Positions 51,244-64,000 of a stretch of 64,000 nt of DNA are shown piece after piece. The stretch is from Eledone cirrhosa (taxonomy: Eukaryota). The DNA lies in contig OZ024743.1 of assembly GCA_964016885.1 (NCBI GenBank), forward strand, positions 369,272,001 through 369,336,000, written 5' to 3'. The notes under the pieces were generated by a model that saw nothing but the letters and a program-made list of their open reading frames with translations, had not been told where the DNA came from and did not search any database. Position numbers and translations under genes: made by a program. The stretch's first letter is position 1; every line of letters starts with the position of its first letter.

Positions 51244-51853
51244 ACAAATGATTTTCCCATCCATTGACAATTTTATTGTTTGTTAATTCAACATTTTTGG
51301 GGTGTTTTGTTTTTGTTTTTGTTTTGCTCAGCCAAGTCAGCTAAGTCTGTAACTGGGATGGTTCTAGTTCGGAAGTGTTCTATTGTCATATCACTTGAGG
51401 AGTTTATTGTTAATGTTTTTTTTTTCTTATTTTTAAATAATAATTAAATAATATATTACCTTCAAACAACCTCCATTGATGCAACAAGTATAACAGCAAC
51501 AACACTGGAGCAAAAAAAAAAGTGAGGACTAAATATGAAAAGTAAGTTATGTTAGAGAGTAGTCTCTTGATATTATTAATACCATTTATTTAACAATACT
51601 TATCAATTCCTTATTACCATGACCACCACTCTATCTACATATATTCATTTATTCATGAATATTGTATAAGCATGCTTTAGTTTCGTGTTAAACCACTAAG
51701 AGATGAAGAAAGCATTTAATAACTCTTTGGCAAGGGCTGATCTGTGTCTACTGTACTGAATAAAATAAGTATGAGTTAGCTAGTTTCTTGTAATTTCCTG
51801 ACAAACATCTTCATAATCTCTCTCTCTCTCTCTCTCTCTCAAACACATACAGA

Positions 51854-51921
<68 letters not shown>

Positions 51922-53229
51922 ATACATTCTAGATTGAAATGTACATTAGTTAAATTTGACTTTTTAAAATTTTTTTGTAGGTATGATTACATTAAAATAG
52001 CATACACACATACACACATGTAGTGTGTGTGTGTAAACAAAGTGGTTGATTTCAGCATTGTGAACATTTCAAAAATGTAATACAAATAGCCATAATAATA
52101 GTCAATCACTATAAATAATAGTTGAAATAAATCAAGTAAATTACTCTTGGGGATGGAAAAAAGTGAACAGAGGTGTCTGCACCTTTTCTGTCTCTAGGGG
52201 ATTCAATTTTTTCAACTATTATTATGGTCATTTACATTGGGACATACTTATTTCAAATTTCACATATGTATGTGTGTGTATATCATCATCACCGTTTTAT
52301 GTCTATTTTTCCATACTAGCATACATTAGATGAGTTTTCTTGTTGTGGGCAATGCTAGGTCAGGTGACCATCCATGTCTTGCTTATACAGAACTGATTTT
52401 TGCTTGGCTTTTATGGCTGGATGCTCTTCCTAATGCCAACCTCATTTACAGTGAGTCCTGTATACACCCACACATACATATAGACTACCTAAAAAAAGGC
52501 TCATCAAACCCATAACAGCTAGATAATTAAGCATGAAACTTAGAAACTTAGTTGATATTTTGTGTTCATATCTGTTCCTTAACAATTACATATCTATCAT
52601 AGTCAGTTCTTTGGATTGGGTTTGAATGGTGTTTGTGCTTTATTGAAAAAGTTAAAAAATTTCTTTGCTAGCTCTTGATTTCCTCTGTCTTTTCATTTCT
52701 ACTTCAGTGAAGTGCCCTGTATGAGACATGGCTATGTACTTCTTCACATGCATCACATTAGTTTGTATTTCTCATTCAAATCATGTTAAGATGAGGAATT
52801 CTTCTCCTCCTCCTCCTCCTGGGGCTAGTCCTCACGCAGACGTTCCAGCAGATCCTGTCAGATGCAGCTATCTCCAGTTGATCCAGCTGGAACCCTAAAG
52901 GAGACCAGCTGAGCACATGGATCTTATCCAACAGTCTTGCTCGGGGTTTACATTTGGGTTTTGCCCATAAAATCTATCCAGCGATTCTTTCCTGAGACAT
53001 TCTTACCACATATCCGTCATATTAGAGCTTAAACCTTCCTGCATGAAATAAAAATTGAATGGTAGTGGCTTGGTCATGGTTGACTTCAACCTAAACAACA
53101 CTAAAATGTCTTCTTTCTCTGCTGTTGCTGCTACTACTGTTGCTGTTACTATTGACCTCGACACTTGTATCTGAGTGGCAGCTGAGGAAATATACAATGT
53201 CAGATTTGACGACTTTGGATGACAACAGG

Positions 53230-54200
53230 CCACCTTACCTGTTAGAAACGGCGGCCTTGGTCTCCGGTCTCACTGGATTTGCTGGTATTTCTTTCGTCGG
53301 TAACTTCTTGCCACATCCTCATCTCCACAAAATGGACCCGGTGTGATCAAGGAATGTGAAGCCGCCTATGAGACTTGAAACCAGCTGGGACTCTGCCCAG
53401 TAAACCTCCCTCCTCATCTTCCTCTGTAGATGTCAAGTCCCCCCAGAGTATTTGGGATGCCATCCAATGCGACATGGCCTCGAACATTCTAGCGCACCAG
53501 CTTGACCAGCACCGCCTTGCATATTTTCACTCGACCTCACAACCCCACAGTGGTGCCTGACTCAATGACATACCATCCTTTTTGACTGGCACACAGCCGG
53601 ACAACGATAGCCTGCGAATCGGGGTTTCCCTGAGGCTTGGCCCCTGGATGTGCGAGACACACAAATATTGCTGCAGTTCCACCGTTGACTTTTTCGGCTT
53701 CCACCTGCTGTCCCGTCACTACAGTGCCAGCTGCCTTCCACACCACGCTGCCCTCAACAAGGTCATAAAGCATGGCTTGGATGCTGCAGGCTTCCCCTCC
53801 CAGCTCAAGATGGCAGGGCTGAATTGAGGAGACAGCAAGAAGCCAGACAGCATGACCATCTTCCCGTAACGCGGTAGTAAACCCCTCAGTTGGGATGCCA
53901 CATGCAGCGACACATTTTCCAGCAGCAACCTGGTGTAGGCTGTGACTAACCCAGGTTCTGCTGCATTTTGGGCCAAGGAGGATAAACTCTCCAAGTATCG
54001 GTTGCTCTCTAACAGGTTTGCAGTCGAGCCCATAGCAGTGGGGACTTCTGGTGTCCTTTGCCCAATGGCCACCTCCTTACTCACCACCATTGGCACAGAG
54101 TTGGCTCTTCCAGTACTTCTCCCTCACGGAAACGCCTTCTATATTCTGTCCCTCATGGAAACGCCTTCTATATTCTGTCCACCGGAGCTGTGGGGTGGCC
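53230..54200 (+). mobile_element. CRE-clade LINE 3' fragment (zinc knuckle remnant plus restriction-like endonuclease), degenerate
   Basis: HSGA*L, RIGVSLRLG, HHAALNKVI, GDSKKPDSMTIFP, LSWDATCSDT, KLSKY, PIAVGTSG, HGNA. Confidence 0.85.
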
Positions 54201-54334
54201 ATCGTATGGGCTCCCATTTGCTCATGATAGAGAGAGATGGGGAGAACAGGAAAAACAGAGGCTGTGACAGTGGGAATTTGGTTCCTTTGTGTTCAGACTT
54301 GGTGTATACGTCGATATTTATTTACCGAACCACT

Positions 54335-54552
54335 AGTACTAATACTGCTGTTGATGCTGCTGCTGTTGCTGATACTATTACTGTTACTGCTTTTGCTGCT
54401 GCTGCTGATACTTTTACTGCTGCTGCTGCTGCTATTACCACTACTGCTACTACTGATACCATTACTGTTGCTGTTGTTGCTGCTACTACTGATACTATCA
54501 CTGTTGTTGCTGCTTCTACTACTATTACTACTACCACCACTGCATATGCTGA
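54335..54552. repeat. (GCT/ACT)n degenerate trinucleotide repeat
   Basis: Read directly. Confidence 0.9.
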
Positions 54553-56743
54553 CTAAATGTACCACTCATTTTTGGTACACCCACTTTTCCTCTTCCTCTC
54601 ATTAGCTCCCCCACCACTATATTTACCCCTTCTTTCCCCAAACACAAACTAAAAACATTTTAGAATTCTTTCTTAGACCTCCATTCCCTGTAGTCCCTCA
54701 CCCTCCTTCCTGCTTATACACTCCCTTACCAACCACTAGAACTAATTCAAACATATGTATTTTATGATTTTGTTTGAACATTGTACGAGGTAACCTCAGC
54801 CAGTCATCCCTAAGTTCCAGTTTAGGATAGGCTGCAAAAACTATTGGCCCAGTCCCTTTCCTTCGGTAGAATAAAGTTTGGGGGTATGGGCGTTAGTGTT
54901 AGGGTGCATTTATTATTCATGTCCTGTTGCCACACACACTCTCAACAACAATTTAAAATTTTTTTTTTTTTTCAAAGAAATTGAGGTTCTGCAAAATAGT
55001 TTGCCTTAGTTTCATGAATTAATGTCTTTGAGAGTTGAGCTGGTTCTTGAAATGGTAGTTTTGCTTGACTAAGCTTAAATAGAAGCCAAGACAAACTATT
55101 AGTTTCTTAAAGAAGGGTTTATCTTTCTGTTCAGTGATAGCACAAGAACAAGACAGCTTGTATTTTGTTTCTATGTTCATGTTTATCACCATGTGAGAAG
55201 GGATATATGTAAGAAAAAAGAGATTGTGAGAAACAGAGAAAAAAAAAAAGGAAAACAAAAATCAATAACATAAATAGATAAATAAAACAAAAGCCAATCT
55301 TTCTTGCCTACTTGAACTGTATATTGTAAATTTAAAAGGACTATTTAGTTGGATAAATAAATAAATATATAAAATTTTTTTTTTTTTTAAATTTTCAGGG
55401 ATTTAGTAATATAACTAACTTTCAGACAGTTTCCCCAGCATAGTCACAGTCTAATGACTGAAATTTAAAGTATATACTTGAAAATAAGCTGATCCGAATA
55501 TAAGCCAATTCCCCCCACCCCTCATTTTATGTCTGAGAAATGGGCAAAAATCCAAATTCCATTTTATAAGTCGAGGCAGCATCAGTAGAGAATATATGTA
55601 TGAGGTTTTAATATTTTGATATTTAAAATGTTTTGTGTGTCATTTAGAATATAGTTTTTATTTCACCACTCCATTATGCAATGTTTTTTTTACCAGTTCA
55701 TCTGTTTTATAGTTTCAACAAGTTTCTCAAAATTTTGTTTATTTCTGGCCATTAATATGATAAGAGTACTTTGAAAGCAAGAGATTAAGAGAAGTTTGTT
55801 TAGAATAGAAGAGTGAGGGGAGACAGCAGGTGAGAAAGAGGAGAGGGTGAGAAGTGAGGGTGAGAAGTAAGATTTCAATATTTTATAAATTAAAAAAAAA
55901 GTATCATTAAAAAATGTTTGAAAATTAGCAAAATAGTGACCTCACGTATAAGCCAACCAACCATTTACCATCGTTTTTTCTCTGTCATATTTCTCAGCTT
56001 GTGTATATAGGGTATATTTACAATTAGAAAGTAATAATATTTAAATGAAACAAAAGAAAAGGAAAAAAGAAAAGAGGAGACTCAAACAATAAAAAAAAGA
56101 GAGATGTAGAGAGAGACAGACTCTACACCCCACTCATAGCGGTGATAGAATGGTGAAAGCATTGCCACGGAGAATGGCCACCCCACCACATGGGGTTTCT
56201 TCCTCAAACATGCAGCTGTCTTTCCAATTTTACGGAGGAAATCAACAGCGCTGAGACCGAGGACTTGAAAGGTCTCAACGTCAATTGGTCTGAAAAGGAA
56301 ATGGTTGGTCAGGCCCCAGTATTTGTTTGTCTTCTTCTCCTCTGTGATTGATTTATTTTCTCATGTCTTTTTAAACTGCTATGAGGAATGTCTGTAGAGT
56401 GTTGAGAAGAAGAGATACACAATTTAATGTTGAGTCATTGTTCTTGGTGTTGCTATTAGGATAAGTGAATAAGTGTAATATTTGAAATTAATAGTTGATT
56501 TGTGGAGAAACTCTGATCAATAAGTTCCTTGGCAAGAACTGCTAGCCATGAAAACCATGAAAATTGCTGCCAGAATCACCAAGGGTATTTCTGTTGCCTT
56601 ACTTTCTATCATCTAAAAGTACACATGACAATAGAATAAAATTAAACCCAATATTTTTGTAAAAATATCTTTCCATTGATTTCTGTATACCAGATTAAGC
56701 CTAACAATATATCTCTATATTAACTATTCTTAATCCTCTTAAG

Positions 56744-56745
<2 letters not shown>

Positions 56746-56813
<68 letters not shown>
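56746..56813. repeat. (TA)n microsatellite
   Basis: Read directly. Confidence 0.97.
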
Positions 56814-56816
<3 letters not shown>

Positions 56817-57974
56817 CATTTTATTTTTAATAATTTGTGTTCAGATATGTATTTAACTGTTTCTTAGTACTTTGGATTTGTGTAGTGTTGTCATTTATAT
56901 TTTTGTAATGTCAAATTTCCCTAAGTATTAAACCCCCCTCCCCTTTCTCCTGCTATCTCTCTCATATCTACACCTTTTTCTGGATAGCTGAAGTTTTTTT
57001 TAATGCTCACTGTCTTTCCTTTAACCAACTACATCACAATCATTGTTTAACATCCATTTTCCACACTTGCGTGGGTTAGTACAGATACAATGTGATACCA
57101 GTTCTTCTTGGTCATTTGACCTATTAGAAATAGCACCCAATTACCCTCTATTTTAGAAGAGAGAGAGAGAGACGTTTGGTAATATAGTTTTAAGTACAGG
57201 AAAGGGACAATAGATAATGTAGTTCAAGATATCAAAAATGTTGGGATGGTCATGTTTAGAATACCCTTCATCAATACAGGGTGGTGGATTGGTGGAATTG
57301 TTAGTGTCAGTGGAGATACAGATTTATTGCTTTTTTAGTTCAAATACTGCTGTGGTCAACTTAGGGAGTAGATTTAATGTCACCTTTTTAAAACTTTTTA
57401 CTAGCTCTTAGGTGACTTTAATGGAGTCCACTGTGTCGTAGGTATTCGGGCTTCTCTGGTTTGAGGATAGCTTCCTCTCCTCCCACTGATTTAGGAGGCC
57501 TTGAAAAAGGATCATGGGCCTTGACTAAATAGTAAAACAATATATGATGAAGATTGAATAATTTAAATACCGATTAAATACTGAATCTCAACTCTAATTA
57601 TGCTAAATTTTGTACGTTTTCATAAATCCATGGCCTCATGCTTAAGGTGTTGAGCTTATGATCTTAATGTTATAGGTTTGATTCTTGAACTGAATGGTTC
57701 ATTGTGTTGTTGAGCGACACTTCATTTCACATTACTTCAATCCATTCAGCTGAAAGCGTGTGCCAGTAGTAGCTGGGCATTAATCCGGGGATGAACTGAC
57801 ATCTTGTGCTCTCAGTCCCTTAATGCCAAAGAAACTGAGATAAGCACAAGCCAGACTTTAAATATTAACTGGATTTTTCGCTTAATCTAAAATATTTGGA
57901 AAGTTAAATCCTTGTTCTATGTCTGCTGAATCATCTGTTGTAGTGATACTTTAATTTTATAACTGTTTACTGTG

Positions 57975-58290
57975 TATGTGTGTGAGAGAAACTGGGTATA
58001 AGAGGGATAAGTTGTGGTGTGCAGGAGAGAAGACTGAGATGGTATGGATATGAGATGCGCATGGAGGATGACCGCTGGGTAAAGAAGTGCCAAGAAATCC
58101 CAGTAGAAGGAAGACGCAGTAGAGAAAGACCACGAAAAACATGGGCGGAGGTGGTGAGAGCAGACCTCAGATCGCTGAAACTCACAGAGATGATGATGAA
58201 GGACCGTGACAAGTGGAGAGATGCTGTGTTGAATAGGACTCGTCCCACCATTGCAAGCAGGGAAAAGCGGACATATGATGATCATGATAT
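57975..58290 (+). mobile_element. RTE LINE 3' end
   Basis: [43 protein letters not shown] tail. Confidence 0.88.
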
Positions 58291-58707
58291 TTAAGGGTTA
58301 GTCTGCTTCGCGGTCCCAGCAGACAGGATGGAGAAGATATTGCTCTGGAGGATGGTGAGTGAGATGCACTGGAACAGCCACTCTAATTCACAGTACTTTA
58401 AACTACTTCCAGTGAGCTCAGTATTCTACCATATTCTACTGTCATGTAACAGCACAAGAAGCAGCACCTTTTATAAAAGACCAATGATAGATATTTACTT
58501 TATTATTGTAATTCATGGTTGAGTGGTTAGTGGTAGGAAGAGTATCCAGGTGTAAAAAACATAGTTCCCAATAACAGTAAAACAAAAAAAATAAAAAAAT
58601 GGATGTCAAACATGTCGAAAATAAGATTTTAAGGAAAAAGTGTTTCACTTTTACAGTATTCTTAATTTTATTTTCATATATCCTGCGTTGTAAAATTTAA
58701 AGAAAAG

Positions 58708-58876
58708 TACCGTATTTCCTGGCGCCGAAGACGCTTTGTCCTAATTTTGACAAGCAAAAATTTGAAAAAAAAATAATAAACATAAAAATATAACCTTCGG
58801 CCTCCAGGAGACATGGTAGATTTTTTAGACTTACTTTAGGAAGAAAGTAGCGTCTTCGACGCTGGGAAATATGGTA
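58708..58876. mobile_element. Complete Tc2/pogo-type MITE, about 26-bp TIRs and TA target duplication
   Basis: TA-CCGTATTTCCTGGCGCCGAAGACGCT ... AGCGTCTTCGACGCTGGGAAATATGG-TA. Confidence 0.85.
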
Positions 58877-60474
58877 GTTACATTTCCTGCTTAGTGAGTA
58901 TTTATGGGTAGAGTCTATGTTTCTCCTGCTCCAAAAAGAAAAGTTTCTATTACAGAGTCTTTACAAGTGTCAAAATGAGAGCAGGACTTATATTTCTTTT
59001 CTATCCACATTATTGGGTTTCCAGTTGCTTTCCAAGTATTTAGTGGCAAACTTGTATACAAAATCACACCAACTGGTGACTGAAATTAAAACAAGGTTTC
59101 TAATCCCAAAACAAAGTCACATAGACTGCATTATGAAAATACATAATAGTAATTAGTTAAGTTAATCTAACCCATGCTAGCATGGAAGATGGACATTAAA
59201 CGAAGATGATGATGAATCAAACTGATAGCTTAACCGTTTTGATATGAACCTGGTCAAAACCGATATGGTTTATTAAACAAAACTATACATTTTGAAGGGC
59301 TACTTTATAAATCAAAATCTTCAAACATAATTTTATATGAGAACTATATGGTAAGTTTCCATCTTTGTAATGAAATAATTAATAATTTTAGTAAATCCTT
59401 TAAAATATTTCAATCAATTGAACTATAGCGTAACAAACAACCATGGAAGGGTCCAAATTGCACTCATGAAAATATTTCATTAATTCTTAAAACAGCTCTA
59501 TGACTGTATCACATTAAAAGTTGGTCTTTACTGCAAATGTTCACAACAATCTGTCCACTAGTAAAGACGCCAAAATCATTTGAATTAACAAACCTACTTT
59601 TAAAGATATTTTCTACTGAATCATTACAGTATTTTGAGAGCTAATGCTAGACATATAAATATTACTATATTTGAAATCATTGGTTAGGAAAAATAATAAT
59701 CATGGACAGCAATGCCCTAAGCAGGTCAAACAAATTAGTATTCTGTAAATTTTATTATAATACAGAATGTCACAGTACTTAGTTTTGTACTTTGTCCCAC
59801 CATGTAGGCCATTGACTTCTTTCACACACACACATGCATGCACGCATGCACATATATATAAATAATTCAGATGACAGTGCTATCATCATTATAAATATGA
59901 ATGGTGAGAGAGAGAGAAAGAGATAGTGTGTGCCTGTGTGTGACACATGCATATGTGGTCTATTTTAAAAAAATCATTTCAAAACATCTGTTTTCCAACT
60001 TAGTTTGGTTTTGGTAATTTATATATTTCCATCAATGCTGACTGTCAAAGGCAAGTGTTATCTCTATCTTGAACCAATATATTTATCACTTTTAAATAAC
60101 ACAGATATATTGACCACTTTTAAATAACACTGATATATTTACTACTTAAAATACTCTGAAGAAACTGATAACCATTCCTAGGAGCAGGGGAATACTTTTG
60201 ATAAACTGAGTTATAGAAGATTATTTTAGAGCAGAAAAATCTTTGCTTAGCATTTAATGGTAGAGGGTGTGTGCAAGTACACATGGGTACATAATATTAG
60301 TTGTATTTAACAAAAAAACAAAAAACAAAAAACAAAAAACAAAAAACAAAAAACAAAAAACAAAAAACAAAAAAAAAAAAAAATTAAATATGAATTTCAA
60401 TCAGTTATATTCTTTTCTTCCCAAGCACTAATATTTTCGTAATATCAAAATGTATTTTTATTTGGCTCTCCCTC

Positions 60475-60506
<32 letters not shown>

Positions 60507-60514
60507 AGAGATGT

Positions 60515-62422
60515 GATGTGTGTAAAAGGTAAACAGAATTAACAAAGCAAACACCACAGTACATTGAAGAACAATATTAGTTTAACACTTGAAATAGCAG
60601 GAAAAGAGTCTTAACATTTTGGACAGTGGATATAGTTAGAAAAATAGGAGATAAATAGGAAGATAAAGAGTGAGAACGGGGGAAAATGAGGAGAAAAGGG
60701 GGAGAAAAAATGTGCATATTCAGTCAGCCATTTTGGAGATTTACTGATCAAGGACTATCTTATGTCGCATTAGAGAGGTAATCATTGTATATGTGGGGTG
60801 GACGTTTGTGTGTGTGTGTGCGTGCGTGCACCTGCATCTGTGTGTGTGTGTATATATGTTTGAAGGATGGGCATTGGACGTGACAGGCTGGCTACTATGA
60901 GAGTATGCATGTGTGAGTGAGCATGAGCATGTGAACTGATCACAATGTATATGAATTTCTACATATACATACATACACACACATAGTAGCAGCCAAGAGG
61001 GGCTGTGTAGAAAAGAGGAGGTAGCGAATATGATCATTGTCTTTATATTTCATTACGTGGTATGGTCATAAGAGAAGCTGCTTAGCTTCAGTTACGACGA
61101 TATGGTGGTGCAACCGTAAATGGATAAGCTACAAGGTGTGAAGTCATTATGTGTGCGGAGGTGGATAGAGCCAGGAAGTGGTGGGAACAGAGTAAATGTT
61201 AGGAAACATTCAACACCGACGGATTCACAGCCGCGGCACTGAGTGGCATGTGAACTCAGATGAGTGTGCAGATGGTGTGTAGGCATGTGCACATGTGCAT
61301 ACATCAGAATGTGTAGGATTGATGGTTAGGTGTGTTGGGTGGTATATACGGATATTGTAAATGTTGGTGTGTATTGTGTAGTGGCTGGAGTTGTGTGTGA
61401 GTATATGAACATCTCTTTGTGCATAAAAGCAAGGCTAAAGGGAGATTATAGAAACTGGGGTGGGGGAACTGTGTTCATTCGAAGAAGTAGTTCCAAGGCG
61501 GAAAATTAAGTTCTGCTTGGTCCTGGTGCAAGTGGCTATGGATCCATGGTATAAAAGGAGGCCTGAGACAGTGAGGTATTGAGTAGAATGGTTGGGGGAA
61601 TGGAAATGACTAACAACAGGAGTGTCTTTTACCTAGTCGTATGTCCCTCAGGTGTTTGGTGAATGAGTACGCCTGATGACGTCTGATGTAAATGAACCTA
61701 CAAAGGGAATACTGGAAGGCATAGACAATGTTGGTGGAGGTGCAAGTGAAGGAGTGGCAAAAACAAAAAGAATGGTTCATACCTGTGAGGATGGTGAGGC
61801 TGGTTATGTAGGGGCAGGTGTTACAGCGGGGGCAGGAATGGGAAGAGGAACTTTGCACAAGAAGATCATGGAGATTACATGGATGCTTAAAGGCAGTGAT
61901 GGTTATGTTGGGAAAGAAGCGAGAAGTCACGGGATCAGAAACAAGTGTTTGGAAGTTTTGAAGGATGCAGAAACATAATGGTATGAAAGATGGGTGGTAG
62001 GTGAGGGGCAAAGGAAAATGAGTGTTGGGGTGAGGTGGGGGGGGGAGCTGTTGGTGTGTGGGAGGACTGTGGTGTGGTCAGTATTATGGGTACGGGTAGG
62101 GGAGCGTGAATCACAATGGGTGGACATCCATGCTGGATGAAGCAAGAAGCCATGGTCCTGGCTGCAGAACTGACAAAGATGGAGGAATTGGTAGTAGGGT
62201 ATAGAGAGTTTGATATGGGTGGGTTGGGAGGAGGTAAAGTTGAGATAGGAGTGGGAGTAAGTAGGTTTGTAGAAGATGGAAGTTGAGAGGGTGTGGTGTG
62301 TGTTTGTAATCACTACAGAGAGAGATGTCAAGAAATTGGATGGAAGAATTGCAGATGGATGTGATGAAGGTGAGAGTGGGATGAAAAGACTGGATGAAGG
62401 AAAGAAAGAAGTTGACCTGTTC

Positions 62423-62457
<35 letters not shown>

Positions 62458-64000
62458 GGTGCCAATACAGTCGTCAATATAATGACCATACTACTCAGGG
62501 GTATGTCCAGTGTAGTGGGATAAGATCTGGGCCTTGATGTAGCCCACGAACAAGTTTTTATAGTTCAGGCCCATTCTGGTTCCTATAAGACCTACTGGTA
62601 AAACTCTCTAGTAAAGGAAAACACATCAAGGGTGAGAACGAGCTCAGCAAGACAGAGAAGAGTGGAAGTGCTAGAGTAAGGTGAGGGATGACTGTATAGA
62701 GAGAAGTGATTTCCAGTGTGAAGAGGAGATGAGAGGGACCAGGAGAGAAGGAGGAGAGGTTGAAAAGTTGAAGAGCATAATTGGTGTCATGTATGTGAGC
62801 GGGGAGGTTGGCGACTAAGAGAGCAAGGAGTGTATTAAGGAATTGTGAGATTATTTCAGTAGGGCAATTACAAAAGGAAACAGTAGGATGGCTGGGATTA
62901 TTAGGTTTATGTATCTTTGGGAGGAAGTAGATGGTGGGTGTGTGAGGGGTTTGTGCTGAAGGGAGCAGGAGAGAGGAGGAGATCAGTTGGCAAATGGTAG
63001 CCTTGGGTGGGGTCAGAAGATAAAGGGTGGTAAAATTGGGTGTTTTGAAGTTGGCGGAGAGCCTCAATCCTGTAGAGCTCTATGCGCCACCTTTATTGGC
63101 AGGTTTGATGACAATGCCATCATGATACTGTAGGCTGCAAAGAATGGAGATCTTGGTCTGAGTGAGCTTGGTGTAATGAGAATGCTTGTGGAAATTGAAC
63201 CGGCTCAAACTACGTCGGTAAGTATCCACAAAGGAGTCGAGGGTACTGAACTGGCCAGAGCTTGGTGTCCAGTGTGATTGCTGGCAACTGAGACTTGTGA
63301 AGTCATCTGTCTGGGTCAATGATTGTGTGTTGTGGAAAAAAGCTTTGAGTTTTAGTCAACGTAAGAACTATTCAATCTCGGCATGTGTGTGGAACTTGAA
63401 GCAGGTGGATATGGTAGGTATGAAGTGCAAACCCTTGGCGAGGAGTGAGCGCTCAGCTTCGGAGAGTGGTGGGTCCTGGGGTAAGGTGACAATAGTGAAG
63501 TACGTGAGGGAGTGAAAGTAGCAGAGGTGGAGGGAGTGTGGCAGTTAGGCATGGTGTGCGCGGAGTTAGTGGTGAGGAGAGGAGAGAGGAGATAGTAGGG
63601 TTAAGGCTGGATATGAAGTGTGTATGTGTGATGATGGCAGGCAGAGAGCAGAGTGAGTTAAAGTTTTGATTTTTGCTAGAGATGAGAAAAATGAAGAGAT
63701 GCTGTTTGAGGTGATGAATGAATTGGACGATGGATTAGGTGTAGAGGGGGTGGGAAGTGGAGGAGAGAAGGTAGGCTGGCTTTGGGGAGATCATGGTTGA
63801 GGGAACGGATTTGAGAGAGAGTGGAATGAGATGGCGAGAGAAGCGGGTAAGGATGGTAGAAACTTGACCATGATATCTAGTGGTTTCAGCTTGTATGTAG
63901 CAAGCTTTTTCAAGGGTATACTGATTTATGAAGAATCTTTTTCAAATTTGTGAAGGAAGTGATTTGTGTGCATGTGTGGAAGTGACCTAATTCCATACAT
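60515..64000 (-). mobile_element. Degenerate Neptune-like Penelope element (RT, Zn-finger linker, GIY-YIG, 3' pLTR with decayed hammerhead)
   Basis: IVIKPANKGGA, YFLPKIHKPNNP, FTLEITSLYTVIP, FYKPTYSHSYLNFTS, CPRCNTCPYI, NIVYAFQYSLCRFIYI, QNLIFRLGT; 60520-60625 matches the 35.1-kb hammerhead pLTR. Confidence 0.92.

Noticed and set aside
48467-51270. 774-845 aa V/I- and S/N-rich ORFs
   Set aside because: Translation of the TAC/TAT/CAC satellite; no unique domain.

Overview
AT-rich eukaryotic, repeat-saturated DNA with no recognisable host protein-coding exon (intergenic or deep intronic). The SINE/RTE repertoire and the very large (TA/TG/CA)n tracts point to a coleoid cephalopod (octopus-like); this is inference, not a search result. 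Content: RTE LINEs of two kinds (one with three C-terminal C2H2 fingers, one with a PHD finger inside the RT C-terminus) and their non-autonomous derivatives, at least three Penelope-like element (PLE) lineages, CRE-, R4/Dong-, CR1/L2- and possibly L1/Tx1-type LINE fragments, a mariner relic, MITEs, tRNA-derived SINEs, a 47-bp minisatellite and a TAC/TAT/CAC satellite. All long YI/CV/VI/SN ORFs in the track are microsatellite artefacts. Two things stand out. (1) Several unrelated type I hammerhead ribozymes sit in short PLE-pLTR/retrozyme-like units inserted in (TA)n, including a young 422-bp tandem plus fold-back unit at 21.8-22.8 kb. (2) A 570-bp fold-back at 15860-16429 has arms differing at about 60 positions that are almost all G.U pairs on the + strand, with ADAR-like neighbour preference: a candidate genomic retrocopy of an A-to-I hyper-edited, hammerhead-bearing PLE RNA. 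All alignments and counts were done by eye, and element boundaries are approximate.
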